The notes beneath the pieces are model-generated. The model searched no databases. It saw only the letters and a program-made list of their open reading frames with translations, and was not told the origin of the DNA. 64,000 nt of DNA. Origin: Verrucomicrobiota bacterium (GTDB lineage Bacteria; Verrucomicrobiota; Verrucomicrobiia; Verrucomicrobiales; DEV007). Positions 38,864 through 49,306 of this stretch are shown piece after piece. The stretch spans positions 1 to 64,000 of the forward strand of contig JASFYY010000050.1 in NCBI GenBank assembly GCA_045046875.1, written 5' to 3'. The position numbers were made by a program, and so were the translations under genes. Every line of letters begins with the position of its first letter. Positions within the stretch are counted from its first letter, which is position 1.

Positions 38864-39367
38864 TCAATCCTGGGAGAAACTCAATCGTTCGTCACTTTCG
38901 ATCAAAGCATTGAGTTCTGGCCAGCCGTCGACTTTTTGCATTTGGAAGACGTGCAGATAAATTTTGACGATTTCCTGCGGGTGGGTTTCGAGTAAATTTT
39001 CAACTGCGCTTTTGAGTTTCTCGGCATCAAGGCTCTCGGGCAGATTGTCGACGGAGCCTTCGCCGTCATGTTCGACGCCCATGGCGTCGAGAAAGTCGAT
39101 CAAGAGTTGGCGTTGTTTGTTGAGCAGCCACATTTGCAAGACGTGTTCGTCGATGCCGTTGGCAATTTTCATTTTTGACATTTTACACAGCCAGGCGATT
39201 TGGTCGGCAGGTGTTTTTTTGAGGATGAATATCGGACGCAGTTTGCGCTGCTCGGCCAGCGAGGCCACCAGTCCTTGGTAGGTTTCTTTTTCGTCACTGC
39301 GCAGGTAAGCGAAGATATCAGTGGCGAGTTGTGGCTCGATTTGTTGAAAGATTTGATAGGCGTTCAT
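38864..39367 (-). CDS. Hypothetical protein
   Basis: From MNAYQIF; RKLRPIF, L..FLD.MG..HDG.G.VD.LP; the upstream ORF extension overlaps the next gene. Confidence 0.75.
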   Translation of the reverse strand: MNAYQIFQQIEPQLATDIFAYLRSDEKETYQGLVASLAEQRKLRPIFILKKTPADQIAWLCKMSKMKIANGIDEHVLQMWLLNKQRQLLIDFLDAMGVEHDGEGSVDNLPESLDAEKLKSAVENLLETHPQEIVKIYLHVFQMQKVDGWPELNALIESDERLSFSQD

Positions 39368-39408
39368 GCAAGGCAAAGGGAAATCCTTTAGGGGCACTTG
39401 TCCAGTGT

Positions 39409-40911
39409 TTATACTTTGACCATGCGGTTGAGGATATTGCGGGTGATTTGTTGGATACGGGCATCGGGTCCCTGGGGAGCGGTGTAGGCTTTGGGTCGCA
39501 CGTATCCTGGAGGGGCGCTGAGGCCGTCGGCCCACCAGCAGGTGGAGGCGTTGAAGACAAAATTATTTTTAGGACCGGGGTAAACGGTGGCGGTGTAGGT
39601 GCCACCGTTCAGTTTACCGGGCGCGCTTTGGGTAGGTGCCGTGGCGACGATTTCGAGGCCGGAGATATTGGCCGGATCCCCATGCCATTCCCAACCGATG
39701 ACACCGGGGATGCGATCGTCTTGTTTCATTCCGGTATCTTGGTAAATCCAGTGATCAGGTTTGCTGCAAACCCAATCGGCACCGCCGGTGACGGGGCCGG
39801 TGCTGTGTGCTCCCATCAAAGCGTTGCCGTAGGGCGGCACGTGTTCGAGGGATTTCATCATCTCAAATTCGCGGGTGCCGCCGGGAGGGCCAAAAACCCC
39901 GATTCTTTCAAAAGCCTGGTTTTTTTCATCTTGCAGGATGCGCCCGCAAACGGCGTTGCCGGAGAAAAAACCAACATTGAGTCCTTGCTCGATCGCTTGT
40001 TTGACGTTGTTATACATCTCGATCGTCCAATACTCGTCGTGTCCGATACTGAGGAAACCTTTGGCTCGTTTCAGTCCGTCGGCATCATGGTGAGTATCGA
40101 GGTTGGAAATATAAGTCAGGTCGTAACCCAGTGATTCCATCCAGTAGGCGAAGGGGAATTCCCAGAGGAAAAATTCACCGGATCCGGTTGAAAGTGGTGC
40201 GTCGACAATTTGGCAATATTTACCGTAGGGGCGACGGTAGCTGACCTGTATATCTTTGCCCCAGTACCATTTGTGCTTGCCGTTATCGTAAAGGGAAAAC
40301 TGGGATGGCCAGCGATTGTAAGCCTGCCAGGTGTTATCGCTACATTGGAAGAGGTAATCTGCCTGGCGGTCATCACGTATGATGAAGGTGAGGTAGCTTT
40401 GCAGTCCGGTTTTGCTTTCGGTGATTTTACCCACATAGACTCCGCTGAGCCAATCTGCAGGGATGGTCAATTCGGTGCAGGCATCCCAGTCACATATGCG
40501 CACGCGTTTTTCGCCGATGGGTGGGTCGCTTTGCGTTTTTCCTTTGAATGAACCGAGTTGTTTCATCAGCCGCCCGCCTTTACCCTGATAATAACCGAGG
40601 CGATAGAGGTCGATGGTGAAGGGTGCATCGTCGTAGGTGCTGACATGAAAACTAATGGTTTCTCCCGCTCGCACACTGGCCTTTGAGGCATAACCCTCCA
40701 CCCATGGGCAGCGGTATTTGCTGTCTGGATCAATCCTGGCGTTTTTTAACATCCAGTCACGGGTTCCGGATTTGGAATTTTCATCGGTAATGATACCGGG
40801 CAGAGGTTTGGCAGCAGCAGCGCTTACGTTTTTGGAGAAGTGGCTGGCCAGAGCGGCAGTGCTGGCCACTGTCATTTGCTTGAGGGTATCGCGGCGGGTG
40901 AAATCATTCAT
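39409..40911 (-). CDS. Tat-exported N,N-dimethylformamidase beta-subunit family protein
   Basis: TRRDTLK; EN.K.GT..W, EGYAS, YRLGYYQG.GGR, TWQAYN, SIGHDEYW. Confidence 0.85.
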   Translation of the reverse strand: MNDFTRRDTLKQMTVASTAALASHFSKNVSAAAAKPLPGIITDENSKSGTRDWMLKNARIDPDSKYRCPWVEGYASKASVRAGETISFHVSTYDDAPFTIDLYRLGYYQGKGGRLMKQLGSFKGKTQSDPPIGEKRVRICDWDACTELTIPADWLSGVYVGKITESKTGLQSYLTFIIRDDRQADYLFQCSDNTWQAYNRWPSQFSLYDNGKHKWYWGKDIQVSYRRPYGKYCQIVDAPLSTGSGEFFLWEFPFAYWMESLGYDLTYISNLDTHHDADGLKRAKGFLSIGHDEYWTIEMYNNVKQAIEQGLNVGFFSGNAVCGRILQDEKNQAFERIGVFGPPGGTREFEMMKSLEHVPPYGNALMGAHSTGPVTGGADWVCSKPDHWIYQDTGMKQDDRIPGVIGWEWHGDPANISGLEIVATAPTQSAPGKLNGGTYTATVYPGPKNNFVFNASTCWWADGLSAPPGYVRPKAYTAPQGPDARIQQITRNILNRMVKV

Positions 40912-41099
40912 GATTGAAGGGGGGGGGGGAGGGTTTTCGTAAATAAACGCGAAAAGTGAAATGTTGTCACTGGATAAAATTTATAACTACTTTACAAATA
41001 GGGAAAGGGCTTTGTGGGATTTTATAATAAAATTGCGAGATAGTGTAAAGCGACTCAGTTAGGTTTGGGTTTCCCCAATTCCACCCCCCTTGTATTATT

Positions 41100-44000
41100 A
41101 TGAAGAAAAAACCATTAGTGGTAAGTCTGGCCCTGTCGTTAATTTTATTGTTGAGTATGAACTCAATCTCATTTGCCGGGGAGTTCAAATTCAAGGATCA
41201 GACCTTGACCGTGCCCGAGGGTTTCAAGGTGGAGCAGATCGCCGGGCCGCCATTGGTCAATCGTCCGATGGAGGCGGATTTCGACGAACAAGGGAGAATG
41301 TTTGTTTCGGACTCATCGGGATTTTCCGGGAAATCCGAGGAACAGTATAAAAAAAAGGATCATCGAATCATGCGTTTGGTGGATACCGATGGGGATGGGG
41401 TTTTTGATAAAAGCACGGTGTTTGCCGACGGCATGATGTTTCCGGAAGGGGTGCTTTGTCATGATGGAGCCGTGTATGTTTCGGCTGTGCCGGTGATCTG
41501 GAAATTGGTGGATACCGATGATGACGGAGTGGCCGACGAACGCACTGTGTGGCATGATGGCAAAACCATGACAGGTTGTGCCAATGACCTGCACGGTCCC
41601 TATCTTGGTCCGGACGGTTGGATTTACTGGAACAAGGGGGCTTTTGCCGAACAAACTTATTCCCGTCCCGGGTTGCCTGGCTTGAAGGATTCTGCGGGGC
41701 ATCTTTTTCGCCGGCGACCTGATGGCTCGGCCAGTGATTCGATCATGAGTGGGGGAATGGATAACCCTGTGGGAGTGGCTTTTACTTCGTCGGGAGACCC
41801 GATGTTTACGTGCACATTTTTCTATCGCCCGCATGCGGGAAAGAAAGATGCGTTGGTTCACACTATTTACGGTAGTGTGTTTGGCAAGCCGAACGGTGTG
41901 CTGGACGGATTGACACGCACTGGTGACCTGATGCCGCCGATGACGCAGTTGGGTTCGGCGGTGCCCTGCGGGGTGACGCGATATGAATCCCAGATTCTGG
42001 GTAAAGAGTTTCAGGATAATTTATTCACCTGTCATTTTAACTTGAAAAGGGTGCAGCGCCACGTACTGAAAAAAAAGGGTTCGACGTATCAAACAGAAGA
42101 CAGTGATTTTTTGATTTCAAACAATCCAGAATTTCATCCCACCGATGTGTTTGAAGACGCTGATGGTAGTTTGGTGGTGATCAATACCGGTGGGTGGTAT
42201 CGGATTTGTTGTCCGACTTCCCAAATTGCCAAACCTGATGTGATGGGCGGAATTTTTCGGATCACTCGCAATGATGGAAAAAAATTAATCGATCCGCGGG
42301 GATTGAAATTGAAGTGGCAAGGGGTAAAAGCGAATGAACTAGCCAAACGTTTGGGGGACAGTCGGGTGGCAGTCAGCAAGCGGGCGATTGAGGCTTTGGG
42401 CAAACAGGGGGAAGCGGCGGTCGGAGTTCTGGCTGATTTGCTGAAGCAGTCTCAAAAGCAACAGGTACGATTAAATGCAGTGTGGGCGCTCACCCGCATT
42501 GACGGAGCCGCTGCTCGAGCTTCGATTCGTTTTGCTCTGAATGATGCTTCGGATACAGTAAGACAGGCAGCTTGTCATGCCGCGGGGATTCATCGAGACG
42601 CGGCGGCCGTTGCCGGCTTGATGAAATGTCTTCAAGCCGAGTCACCGCATTTGCGTCGTAAAGCGGCGACGGCGCTGGGACAATTGCGGGCGAAGGAGGC
42701 GCTGTTAGCTTTGCTGAACGGTATCGATGTTTCGAATGACCGACTGCTGGAGCATGCGTTGATTTACGCTTTGATAGAAATCGGTGATGCAGGTGTTTTG
42801 CGCAAAGAGGTAACTCGACTTTCCGCCATGACGACAGAAGCTGCGGTGCTGAAACATCGAGCGGCTTTGATCGCTTTGGATCAAATGGCCGGGGAGCATT
42901 TAAAAACGGATGATGTGGTTCCTTTACTGACCTCCAAGCAGCCCGTTTTGAAAAAAGTAGCGGCCTGGATCATTGAGTTTCATCCGGAATGGGGAGATGC
43001 CTTGACGGATTATTATCGCCAACAGCTGGCAAGAGTTGATGAGTTGGGTGAGGATGATAGAAGGGCTTTGCAAAGTCAGATTGGCCAATCGGCGGCAACC
43101 GCTTCGGTGCAGAAATTAATCGCGGATGATTTGGCTGCGGAAAATAAACAGCCTGCCGGACGACTGGTTTTGCTGGCGGCGGTATCACAATCGACTTTGA
43201 AGCGCATGCCTGTCACATGGACAGTAGGCATCAAACGTTCTCTAGAGTCGTCTGATACGGCGGTGATAGAACAAACTTTGAGAGCATTGAAGGCGTTGAA
43301 ACCGGACAAAGGAGCGACTGCGATTTTGAAAGAGCGTTTGTTGTTGATCGCCGGGGATGAGCAACAGTCTGCGACGCTGAGGTTGGCGGCTTTGGAAGTA
43401 TGGTCATCGCTGTCGCCTGGCGTGCCGTCGCAAGTCTTGTTTGATTTTATGATTGCCCGTATTGATGCAGCGAACCCTCCCATGCAGCGTAGCGTGGCGG
43501 CAGGGGTTCTTGCGCGGGTGAAATTGAATGGCGGGCAATTATTGAAATTGGCCGTGGCGATGAAAAACATTAATCCGATGGAACTGACGAGTTTGTTGGT
43601 GGCTTTCAAAACGTGCTCGGATGAAAATATTGGCAGTCAATTGTTGGATTCACTTTCACAATCTGAAGCCAAGTCGGCTCTTCGTCCGGATATGCTGCAA
43701 CCGTCATTGGAAAAATTCTCACCGGAGCTTCGTGAAAAAGGAGAAGCTCTGTTGGCATCGGTGAATCTCGGAATCAAGGAGCAAAAGGCAAAACTGGATG
43801 CCTTGGAAAAAATCGTAGTGAAGGGTGATGCCAAACGGGGGCATCTGGTTTACAACAGTCAGAAAACCGCTTGTTCGGTGTGTCATTCGGTGGGTTATGT
43901 CGGAGGGAAATTTGGCCCTGATCTCACTCACATTGGCAAGGTGCGTACCGAACGTGATTTGCTGGAGGCGATCATTTACCCCAGTTCGAATTTTGTCCGC

Positions 44001-44240
44001 AGCTTCGAACCGGTGACGTTGAAAACCAAATCAGGAGCCGCTCTTTACGGCATGTTAAAAGAAGCATCATCGGATCATGTGGCCTTGGTGCTGGGGCCCG
44101 GTGCAGAGCAGCGTATCGCCAGAGTGGATGTCGCGGAGATCACACCCGGCGCGGTATCCCTGATGCCGCAAGGTTTGGATGCAGTGATGAGCGAACAGGA
44201 GCTTGCGGATCTGGTGGTGTTTTTGAAATCACTGAAGTAA
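41100..44240 (+). CDS. PVC-type heme-binding CxxCH dehydrogenase-like protein with HEAT repeats
   Basis: VPEGFKVE..., FDEQGRMFV, GPDGWIY, HEAT repeats, CSVCH...GPDLT.IG...I.YPS...SLMPQGL. Confidence 0.9.
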   Translation: MKKKPLVVSLALSLILLLSMNSISFAGEFKFKDQTLTVPEGFKVEQIAGPPLVNRPMEADFDEQGRMFVSDSSGFSGKSEEQYKKKDHRIMRLVDTDGDGVFDKSTVFADGMMFPEGVLCHDGAVYVSAVPVIWKLVDTDDDGVADERTVWHDGKTMTGCANDLHGPYLGPDGWIYWNKGAFAEQTYSRPGLPGLKDSAGHLFRRRPDGSASDSIMSGGMDNPVGVAFTSSGDPMFTCTFFYRPHAGKKDALVHTIYGSVFGKPNGVLDGLTRTGDLMPPMTQLGSAVPCGVTRYESQILGKEFQDNLFTCHFNLKRVQRHVLKKKGSTYQTEDSDFLISNNPEFHPTDVFEDADGSLVVINTGGWYRICCPTSQIAKPDVMGGIFRITRNDGKKLIDPRGLKLKWQGVKANELAKRLGDSRVAVSKRAIEALGKQGEAAVGVLADLLKQSQKQQVRLNAVWALTRIDGAAARASIRFALNDASDTVRQAACHAAGIHRDAAAVAGLMKCLQAESPHLRRKAATALGQLRAKEALLALLNGIDVSNDRLLEHALIYALIEIGDAGVLRKEVTRLSAMTTEAAVLKHRAALIALDQMAGEHLKTDDVVPLLTSKQPVLKKVAAWIIEFHPEWGDALTDYYRQQLARVDELGEDDRRALQSQIGQSAATASVQKLIADDLAAENKQPAGRLVLLAAVSQSTLKRMPVTWTVGIKRSLESSDTAVIEQTLRALKALKPDKGATAILKERLLLIAGDEQQSATLRLAALEVWSSLSPGVPSQVLFDFMIARIDAANPPMQRSVAAGVLARVKLNGGQLLKLAVAMKNINPMELTSLLVAFKTCSDENIGSQLLDSLSQSEAKSALRPDMLQPSLEKFSPELREKGEALLASVNLGIKEQKAKLDALEKIVVKGDAKRGHLVYNSQKTACSVCHSVGYVGGKFGPDLTHIGKVRTERDLLEAIIYPSSNFVRSFEPVTLKTKSGAALYGMLKEASSDHVALVLGPGAEQRIARVDVAEITPGAVSLMPQGLDAVMSEQELADLVVFLKSLK

Positions 44241-44369
44241 GGGGGCAACGGTGTTTTGAGGCTTCATATTGTCCTAATTTTTCCTAGTGCTGTTATTACA
44301 CTAGTGAATAGGCGATGAACCTGTGTTTGTTGCTTTGCAGAAAGACCAAAATTAAACCTCCTCCTTGTC

Positions 44370-45746
44370 ATGAATAGCTCAAATACCGATGAATCACCTG
44401 CTGCTAATCCTTTAGCCACGTCACGGCGAAAATTCCTTAAAAATAGCAGCAAACTAACCGCGGCATCCATTTTGGCAGGGGTGAAGATTCCTTTTGTTCA
44501 TGCCAGTGATGATCAGACCATCCGTTTGGCCTTGATTGGTTGCGGCGGACGTGGCGCAGGTGCGGCGGGTAATGCGCTTACTGCTTCCGGAGGTCCGGTG
44601 AAGTTGGTTGCGATGGCGGATCTTTTTGAAGATAAACAAAACCGGGCTTACGAGGTTTTAAAAAAGCAATTTAAAGAAAAAGTTGAAGTGCCGAAGGAGC
44701 AGAGATTCATTGGTTTTGATGCCTACCGTCATGCAATTGATTGTCTTCGACCGGGCGATGTGGCGCTGTTGACCACTAACGCCTATTGTCGTGCCACTCA
44801 TCTCGATTATGCGGTGGAGAAGGGGGTGAATGTGTTCATGGAGAAATCTTTCTCACCCGACCCTTATGGACTGCACCGCATGCTTCGTGCTGGTGAAGTG
44901 GCAGAAAAGAAAAACTTAAAAATTTCCACGGGCCTTATGTGTCGTCATTCGGTGGCGCGGCAGGCTTTTATCGAAAAGGTGCGCAATGGCGACTTGGGAG
45001 AAATTCCTCTGATAAGAGCCTATCGTATGGGGCGCAAAGCACACTTGACCTCGCGCAATACGGGGGATCCTGAGGTGCAGTGGCAAATCCGCAATAAGGG
45101 TTATTTTAACTGGGTATCCTCCGGTCGGCTGATTGAGTATATGATTCACCAGATAGACGAAGTTTGTTGGTTGAAAGATTCCTTTCCTATTGCGGTTCAT
45201 GGCATCGGCGGTCGGGTGCCTCACAGTCCTGATCTAGGTCAAAATTTGGATACCTATTCGATTGAGTATTCTTTTGCTGATGGTTCGAGGGCGATGGTTT
45301 ACAGCCGCGACATTGATCACAGTAAAATTGATTTTGGCACTTACGTGCATGGCACCAAACGTGCGGGTCAATTTTCGGGAATGACTCACAAAGCGACAGT
45401 TCAGACTTACAAGGATATGCAGATGAATCGTCGAAACATCGATTGGAAAGCGGAGCGGGAACCGTGCAATCCTTGGCAGGCTGAGTGGAATGTGTTGCTA
45501 TCGAAAATCAGGAATGACGAAAAACATAACGAGACCAAAAGATCCATTTATTCAAACTTTGCGTCGATCATGGGGCGTGCAGCTGTCCACAATGAGAGTG
45601 TGGTCACCTGGGACGAGGTGTTTAGCTCAAAATTCAAGTTCTGTGATAATATTGATGCAATGGACTTTAACCAGGCCGCACCGGTGTTGCCTGACGCCAA
45701 TGGAGCTTACCCTGTGCCGATTCCTGGACAGTGGACGGAGATTTGA
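44370..45746 (+). CDS. Tat-exported Gfo/Idh/MocA oxidoreductase
   Basis: SRRKFLK; ALIGCGGRGAGA; VAMADLF; NVFMEK. Confidence 0.92.
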   Translation: MNSSNTDESPAANPLATSRRKFLKNSSKLTAASILAGVKIPFVHASDDQTIRLALIGCGGRGAGAAGNALTASGGPVKLVAMADLFEDKQNRAYEVLKKQFKEKVEVPKEQRFIGFDAYRHAIDCLRPGDVALLTTNAYCRATHLDYAVEKGVNVFMEKSFSPDPYGLHRMLRAGEVAEKKNLKISTGLMCRHSVARQAFIEKVRNGDLGEIPLIRAYRMGRKAHLTSRNTGDPEVQWQIRNKGYFNWVSSGRLIEYMIHQIDEVCWLKDSFPIAVHGIGGRVPHSPDLGQNLDTYSIEYSFADGSRAMVYSRDIDHSKIDFGTYVHGTKRAGQFSGMTHKATVQTYKDMQMNRRNIDWKAEREPCNPWQAEWNVLLSKIRNDEKHNETKRSIYSNFASIMGRAAVHNESVVTWDEVFSSKFKFCDNIDAMDFNQAAPVLPDANGAYPVPIPGQWTEI

Positions 45747-45755
45747 GTGACCTTG

Positions 45756-45796
45756 TGAGGTCTAAAATGGGTCAGACCTCATGCAACTCATGCAAT
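45756..45796. repeat. Inverted repeat plus 9-bp direct repeat between convergent genes
   Basis: TGAGGTCT...AGACCTCA arms followed by CTCATGCAA x2. Confidence 0.4.
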
Positions 45797-45853
45797 AAAG
45801 TTCTTGTCTCATATGGGAGGTGTGGGGTGAGGCGGGCGAGGGGGCGTTAAGCT

Positions 45854-46621
45854 TCAGCTGTGCATCACTTGACCGCCGTCGATGTTGATGGTTTGGCCGG
45901 TGATGTTTTTGGCTTGGGGGGAGGCGAGGTAAACTGCCATGGCTCCGTATTCTTCGGGGTCTTGCCATTGGCCGAGCGGGGCGATGCGCTTGATTTTTTC
46001 ATCTGCCCAGTCTTGATAACTTTTGGTCACTTGCGAAGCTTTCCAGACGGAGCGATTGAGACTCGTTTTCACCATGCCCGGAGCCAAGGCGTTGGAACGT
46101 ATGCCATCAGCTGCTAAGTCGCGAGCGACACATTGCATGAAGTTGATCAGGCCGGCTTTCGAGGCGCTGTAGGGTGGATCAGTTTGTGATCCGACCTGTC
46201 CGGCTACGGAGGTGATGAATAATAGCGAGCGTCCGTGGCTGTCGCCTTGTTGCATGTAGGGGGCAAAGGCCTGGGCGGTGTGGACGGCTCCGATCAGATT
46301 GACCTGTAGGACTTGCATCCAGTCCTGGGGGGCGACGTTCCAGAAAGGGAATCCGGTTTTGCCCGATCCGATGCCAACACTGAAAATAACATGATCGATT
46401 TGTCCGAATTGAGAAGCCAAGTCGTCAGCGGCCTTTTTTGTAGCTTCGAAGTCCGCTACGTCGGCCTGACGGACTTCCCCTGGAAATCCAGTGACCTCTG
46501 CTTCACGGTCGATGATAGCGACCTGAGCTTCCTCGGCGATAAAGGCGTCCGCAATCGCGCGTCCAATTCCCTGGGCGCCTCCGACGATGATTGCGGTTTT
46601 GTTTTGTAAATTTAAATTCAT
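45854..46621 (-). CDS. SDR family oxidoreductase
   Basis: GGAQGIG, YSASK, N.LAPG, NITGQTINIDGG. Confidence 0.93.
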   Translation of the reverse strand: MNLNLQNKTAIIVGGAQGIGRAIADAFIAEEAQVAIIDREAEVTGFPGEVRQADVADFEATKKAADDLASQFGQIDHVIFSVGIGSGKTGFPFWNVAPQDWMQVLQVNLIGAVHTAQAFAPYMQQGDSHGRSLLFITSVAGQVGSQTDPPYSASKAGLINFMQCVARDLAADGIRSNALAPGMVKTSLNRSVWKASQVTKSYQDWADEKIKRIAPLGQWQDPEEYGAMAVYLASPQAKNITGQTINIDGGQVMHS

Positions 46622-46747
46622 GTGCGCGCTTGATGTTGTTTATTATTCGGGACGGATTTTTTATATAGATTGCCAGCTTGTGAAGTCGTTATAAATGGTA
46701 GCGTGAATTATAATCGAGAGAAGGGAGGGAAGGTGTAAAATATTTTT

Positions 46748-47164
46748 ATGCAAATGAGAGATGTAGTCGAATCCCCGCTGACATGGATACTTACTGGAAT
46801 TTGTGTGGTGGGTTGTATTTATGCCAAGCGTAGTGTGATCTCGGGAATTATTACGGGAATCATGGCGCCGATGGTGATTGTTCCTCTTTGGATCATGGCG
46901 GGACTGGCCGTTAATGTGCCACATCTGTTGGTGCGGAAAATGTTTCCTGATTTGCTGCCTTATTTGCAAAACTCTTCATCGGCTTGGGCGTCAGGCATTT
47001 TATTTGTTACCGATCCAGCTCATCTAGCAACTGGGATCACTGCCGGATTTTTTATTTGGTATTGTATTGTCGGTAGGATGAATTCGCATCGCCCGTTGGC
47101 TTTCACTTTGGAGAGAAATACTATCACATCTCCCAGTCCGTTAACGCGGCGTTTCTGGCATTAA
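46748..47164 (+). CDS. Small hypothetical membrane protein
   Basis: 138 aa with three hydrophobic segments, AT-rich flanks. Confidence 0.5.
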   Translation: MQMRDVVESPLTWILTGICVVGCIYAKRSVISGIITGIMAPMVIVPLWIMAGLAVNVPHLLVRKMFPDLLPYLQNSSSAWASGILFVTDPAHLATGITAGFFIWYCIVGRMNSHRPLAFTLERNTITSPSPLTRRFWH

Positions 47165-47174
47165 ATACATACTC

Positions 47175-48566
47175 TTAGTAGCCGTCTTCGTCCATTGTGC
47201 AGGGCACCATGATGGCTTCGCTCATGCCGTGGAGGATTTTTTTGTCGGCAGGACAGATGGTGGCGAGGACGCCGCCGAGTTTGACTTCGCCGATCCCGGT
47301 GGCAGATAGCGGTGGTGGGGTGAAATAATAGGGGCAGAGCCGCACTCGTCCTTCCATCTCGATGATCTGTCCTGATTCGGGATCGAGGTAGGGGTGTTGA
47401 ACTAACTTTCCGTTATGGAATTCCTGTAGAACGTAGGGGTGGCTGTCAAAGGAGTCGAGTGCGTTGTCGATGGCGGCGCTCCACTCGGTTTGTGATTGGT
47501 CGTGGCCGATACTGACGCTGCGACTGCCCCAGCCGATTTCGGAAAAACCGCTGATTTTGAGCACGTATTCACGCTCGGTTTGGCTGAAGTTTTTAAGCTC
47601 TTGGAAACTGTTGATCTCTAATTGAGGAATAACGGCGTGGTGGGGCAGAGGGGCGGGATCGAGGATCCAGCTGCGGGGGATGAGTTGTTGCAGGCGCTTC
47701 CAATTGCCTTCACGCAATTCGCGCCGCCAGATTTGCTGCAAGGGGCGTGACCAAAATAGGGCGAGCCACATTTTTTCTTCGAGGAAGGCTTTGAAGGGGG
47801 CGCTGAGATCGAGGTCGCCAGCGGCGGCGGAATGCGCGAGCTTTTCGATTCCGGGCAGGTTGGGCAGGTCGAAGAGTTCGAAAAAACGGTAGGCGTCGCG
47901 GCTGCCATCGTTTTGGTATCCTTCTGCCGGGTGGACTTGCCAGGTTTTGTTATTGCTCGACTGGTTTAATTGGTTTACCAGCCATTCGGATTCCGGCAGG
48001 TAGTCGCAGGCTTCTTGAGAGATGACCAAGTCGGCTCCGTTTTTAAAAGTGGAGGCAAAACCTTTGAGCATGCCATCAGCTCCACCGACGATGTGCGCAT
48101 CGGCGAGGTTTTGGGTGTAAGTTTGGTTCAGCCATGCGGTTAGGCCGATACCGCCGGGCACGCTGTCGAGTTCGGCCATGGCAAAACCCTGCTCGGTGAG
48201 GATCAAGTCGGGGCGGATCACACGTGGCAATTGTTTTTGGATGAGGGGATCGATACCGAGTTCGATCAGCGGGGCGGGCTTGCCTCGATCCAGATATTGG
48301 TGGATCCAGGGTGGCAGGGATCCGTTGTGACTGCGGCGGTAGAGGGTGTCACTGGCGCGTTGGAAACGGTGCAGCAGGGAGCCGATGTGTTCGAGTTGGC
48401 GGACGGTTTTGGGGGAGAGTGGGAATGCGCGGGGGGATAGGCGCCAATGTTTGCCGGAAAAAAGCCCTTGTTTGGGGAAGGCTTGTTGCAGAGCTGTCAC
48501 CTTGGCCTGCGGGGAATCGACCTCGGGCGGTTTTGTTTGTGTGTTGGATTGAAGCGGGTGCGGCAT
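47175..48566 (-). CDS. Hypothetical ATP-grasp-like ligase (glutathionylspermidine-synthase-like)
   Basis: RPDL...ELDS.PGG, VLKISG..GWGSRSV, YVLQEF, RLCPYY. Confidence 0.6.
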   Translation of the reverse strand: MPHPLQSNTQTKPPEVDSPQAKVTALQQAFPKQGLFSGKHWRLSPRAFPLSPKTVRQLEHIGSLLHRFQRASDTLYRRSHNGSLPPWIHQYLDRGKPAPLIELGIDPLIQKQLPRVIRPDLILTEQGFAMAELDSVPGGIGLTAWLNQTYTQNLADAHIVGGADGMLKGFASTFKNGADLVISQEACDYLPESEWLVNQLNQSSNNKTWQVHPAEGYQNDGSRDAYRFFELFDLPNLPGIEKLAHSAAAGDLDLSAPFKAFLEEKMWLALFWSRPLQQIWRRELREGNWKRLQQLIPRSWILDPAPLPHHAVIPQLEINSFQELKNFSQTEREYVLKISGFSEIGWGSRSVSIGHDQSQTEWSAAIDNALDSFDSHPYVLQEFHNGKLVQHPYLDPESGQIIEMEGRVRLCPYYFTPPPLSATGIGEVKLGGVLATICPADKKILHGMSEAIMVPCTMDEDGY

Positions 48567-48593
48567 GGTTGGAAATGATTTTGTGGAGGGCCT

Positions 48594-49205
48594 TTATTGT
48601 AGCAATCGCAAGGCCGCACGCAGGATATCATCGGAGCTGCTGGTGCCATCCGGATTTTCTTTGCAGGCTTTGATCACGGCGCTGTGGGCGGCGTTTTGCT
48701 TGAAGCCCAGCGAAATGAGGGCGAGCACGGCATCGTTTTTGAGAGAATTTTCGGAAGGGCTTGCTCCTTCGCTGCTGGCGGCCTGCTCCCAAGCGCTGGT
48801 GACTCCGACTTTGTCTTTGAGTTCGAGCACGATGCGTTCAACGGTTTTTTTGCCGAGCCCCTTGATACGGGAAAGGGTGTCCAGATCGCCGGCCACTACG
48901 GCGTTTTTGAAATCCGAGGCACCCAGGCTGCCAAGGATCGACATGGCGACTTTAGGGCCGACTCCAGAGACACGGTTGATGAGCAGTAGGAAGAGGTCGC
49001 GCTCTTCATCTGATTTAAAACCATACAAGGTGAGTTCCTGCTCGCGCACATATAGATAGGTGAGCACTCGAACTTTGTCGCCGACCTGGCCAAGCGAGTC
49101 GGGGCCGCCGAGTGGCATGGTGATCTGGTAGCCGACTCCCTGCACATCGAGAGTGACACGGTTGGGGAGAATATGGGCGAGGGCGCCGTGGAGAAAGGTT
49201 ATCAT
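48594..49205 (-). CDS. ruvA: Holliday junction branch migration protein RuvA
   Basis: DVQGVGY, YVRE..L.LYGF, VSGVGPK, GLGKKT.ERIVLELKDK, ALISLGF. Confidence 0.97.
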   Translation of the reverse strand: MITFLHGALAHILPNRVTLDVQGVGYQITMPLGGPDSLGQVGDKVRVLTYLYVREQELTLYGFKSDEERDLFLLLINRVSGVGPKVAMSILGSLGASDFKNAVVAGDLDTLSRIKGLGKKTVERIVLELKDKVGVTSAWEQAASSEGASPSENSLKNDAVLALISLGFKQNAAHSAVIKACKENPDGTSSSDDILRAALRLLQ

Positions 49206-49306
49206 GGAAATTGTGGTGTTTGGGAACTAGGATAAATCTTGTCTGGTCGTTTGGACGGTGACTTCGACCAGAACTTAGTTTAATTGTCGTTATATTTTTT
49301 GCTACT

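Noticed and set aside
39331..40134. Long antisense ORFs (also 13460-14311, 35113-35937, 58514-59365)
   Set aside because: They overlap well-supported genes on the opposite strand and lack motifs; expected codon-bias shadows.
40919..40929. Poly-G tract as a phase-variation switch between divergent genes
   Set aside because: The + strand is G-rich throughout and homopolymer length is error-prone; it cannot be supported without read-level length variation.
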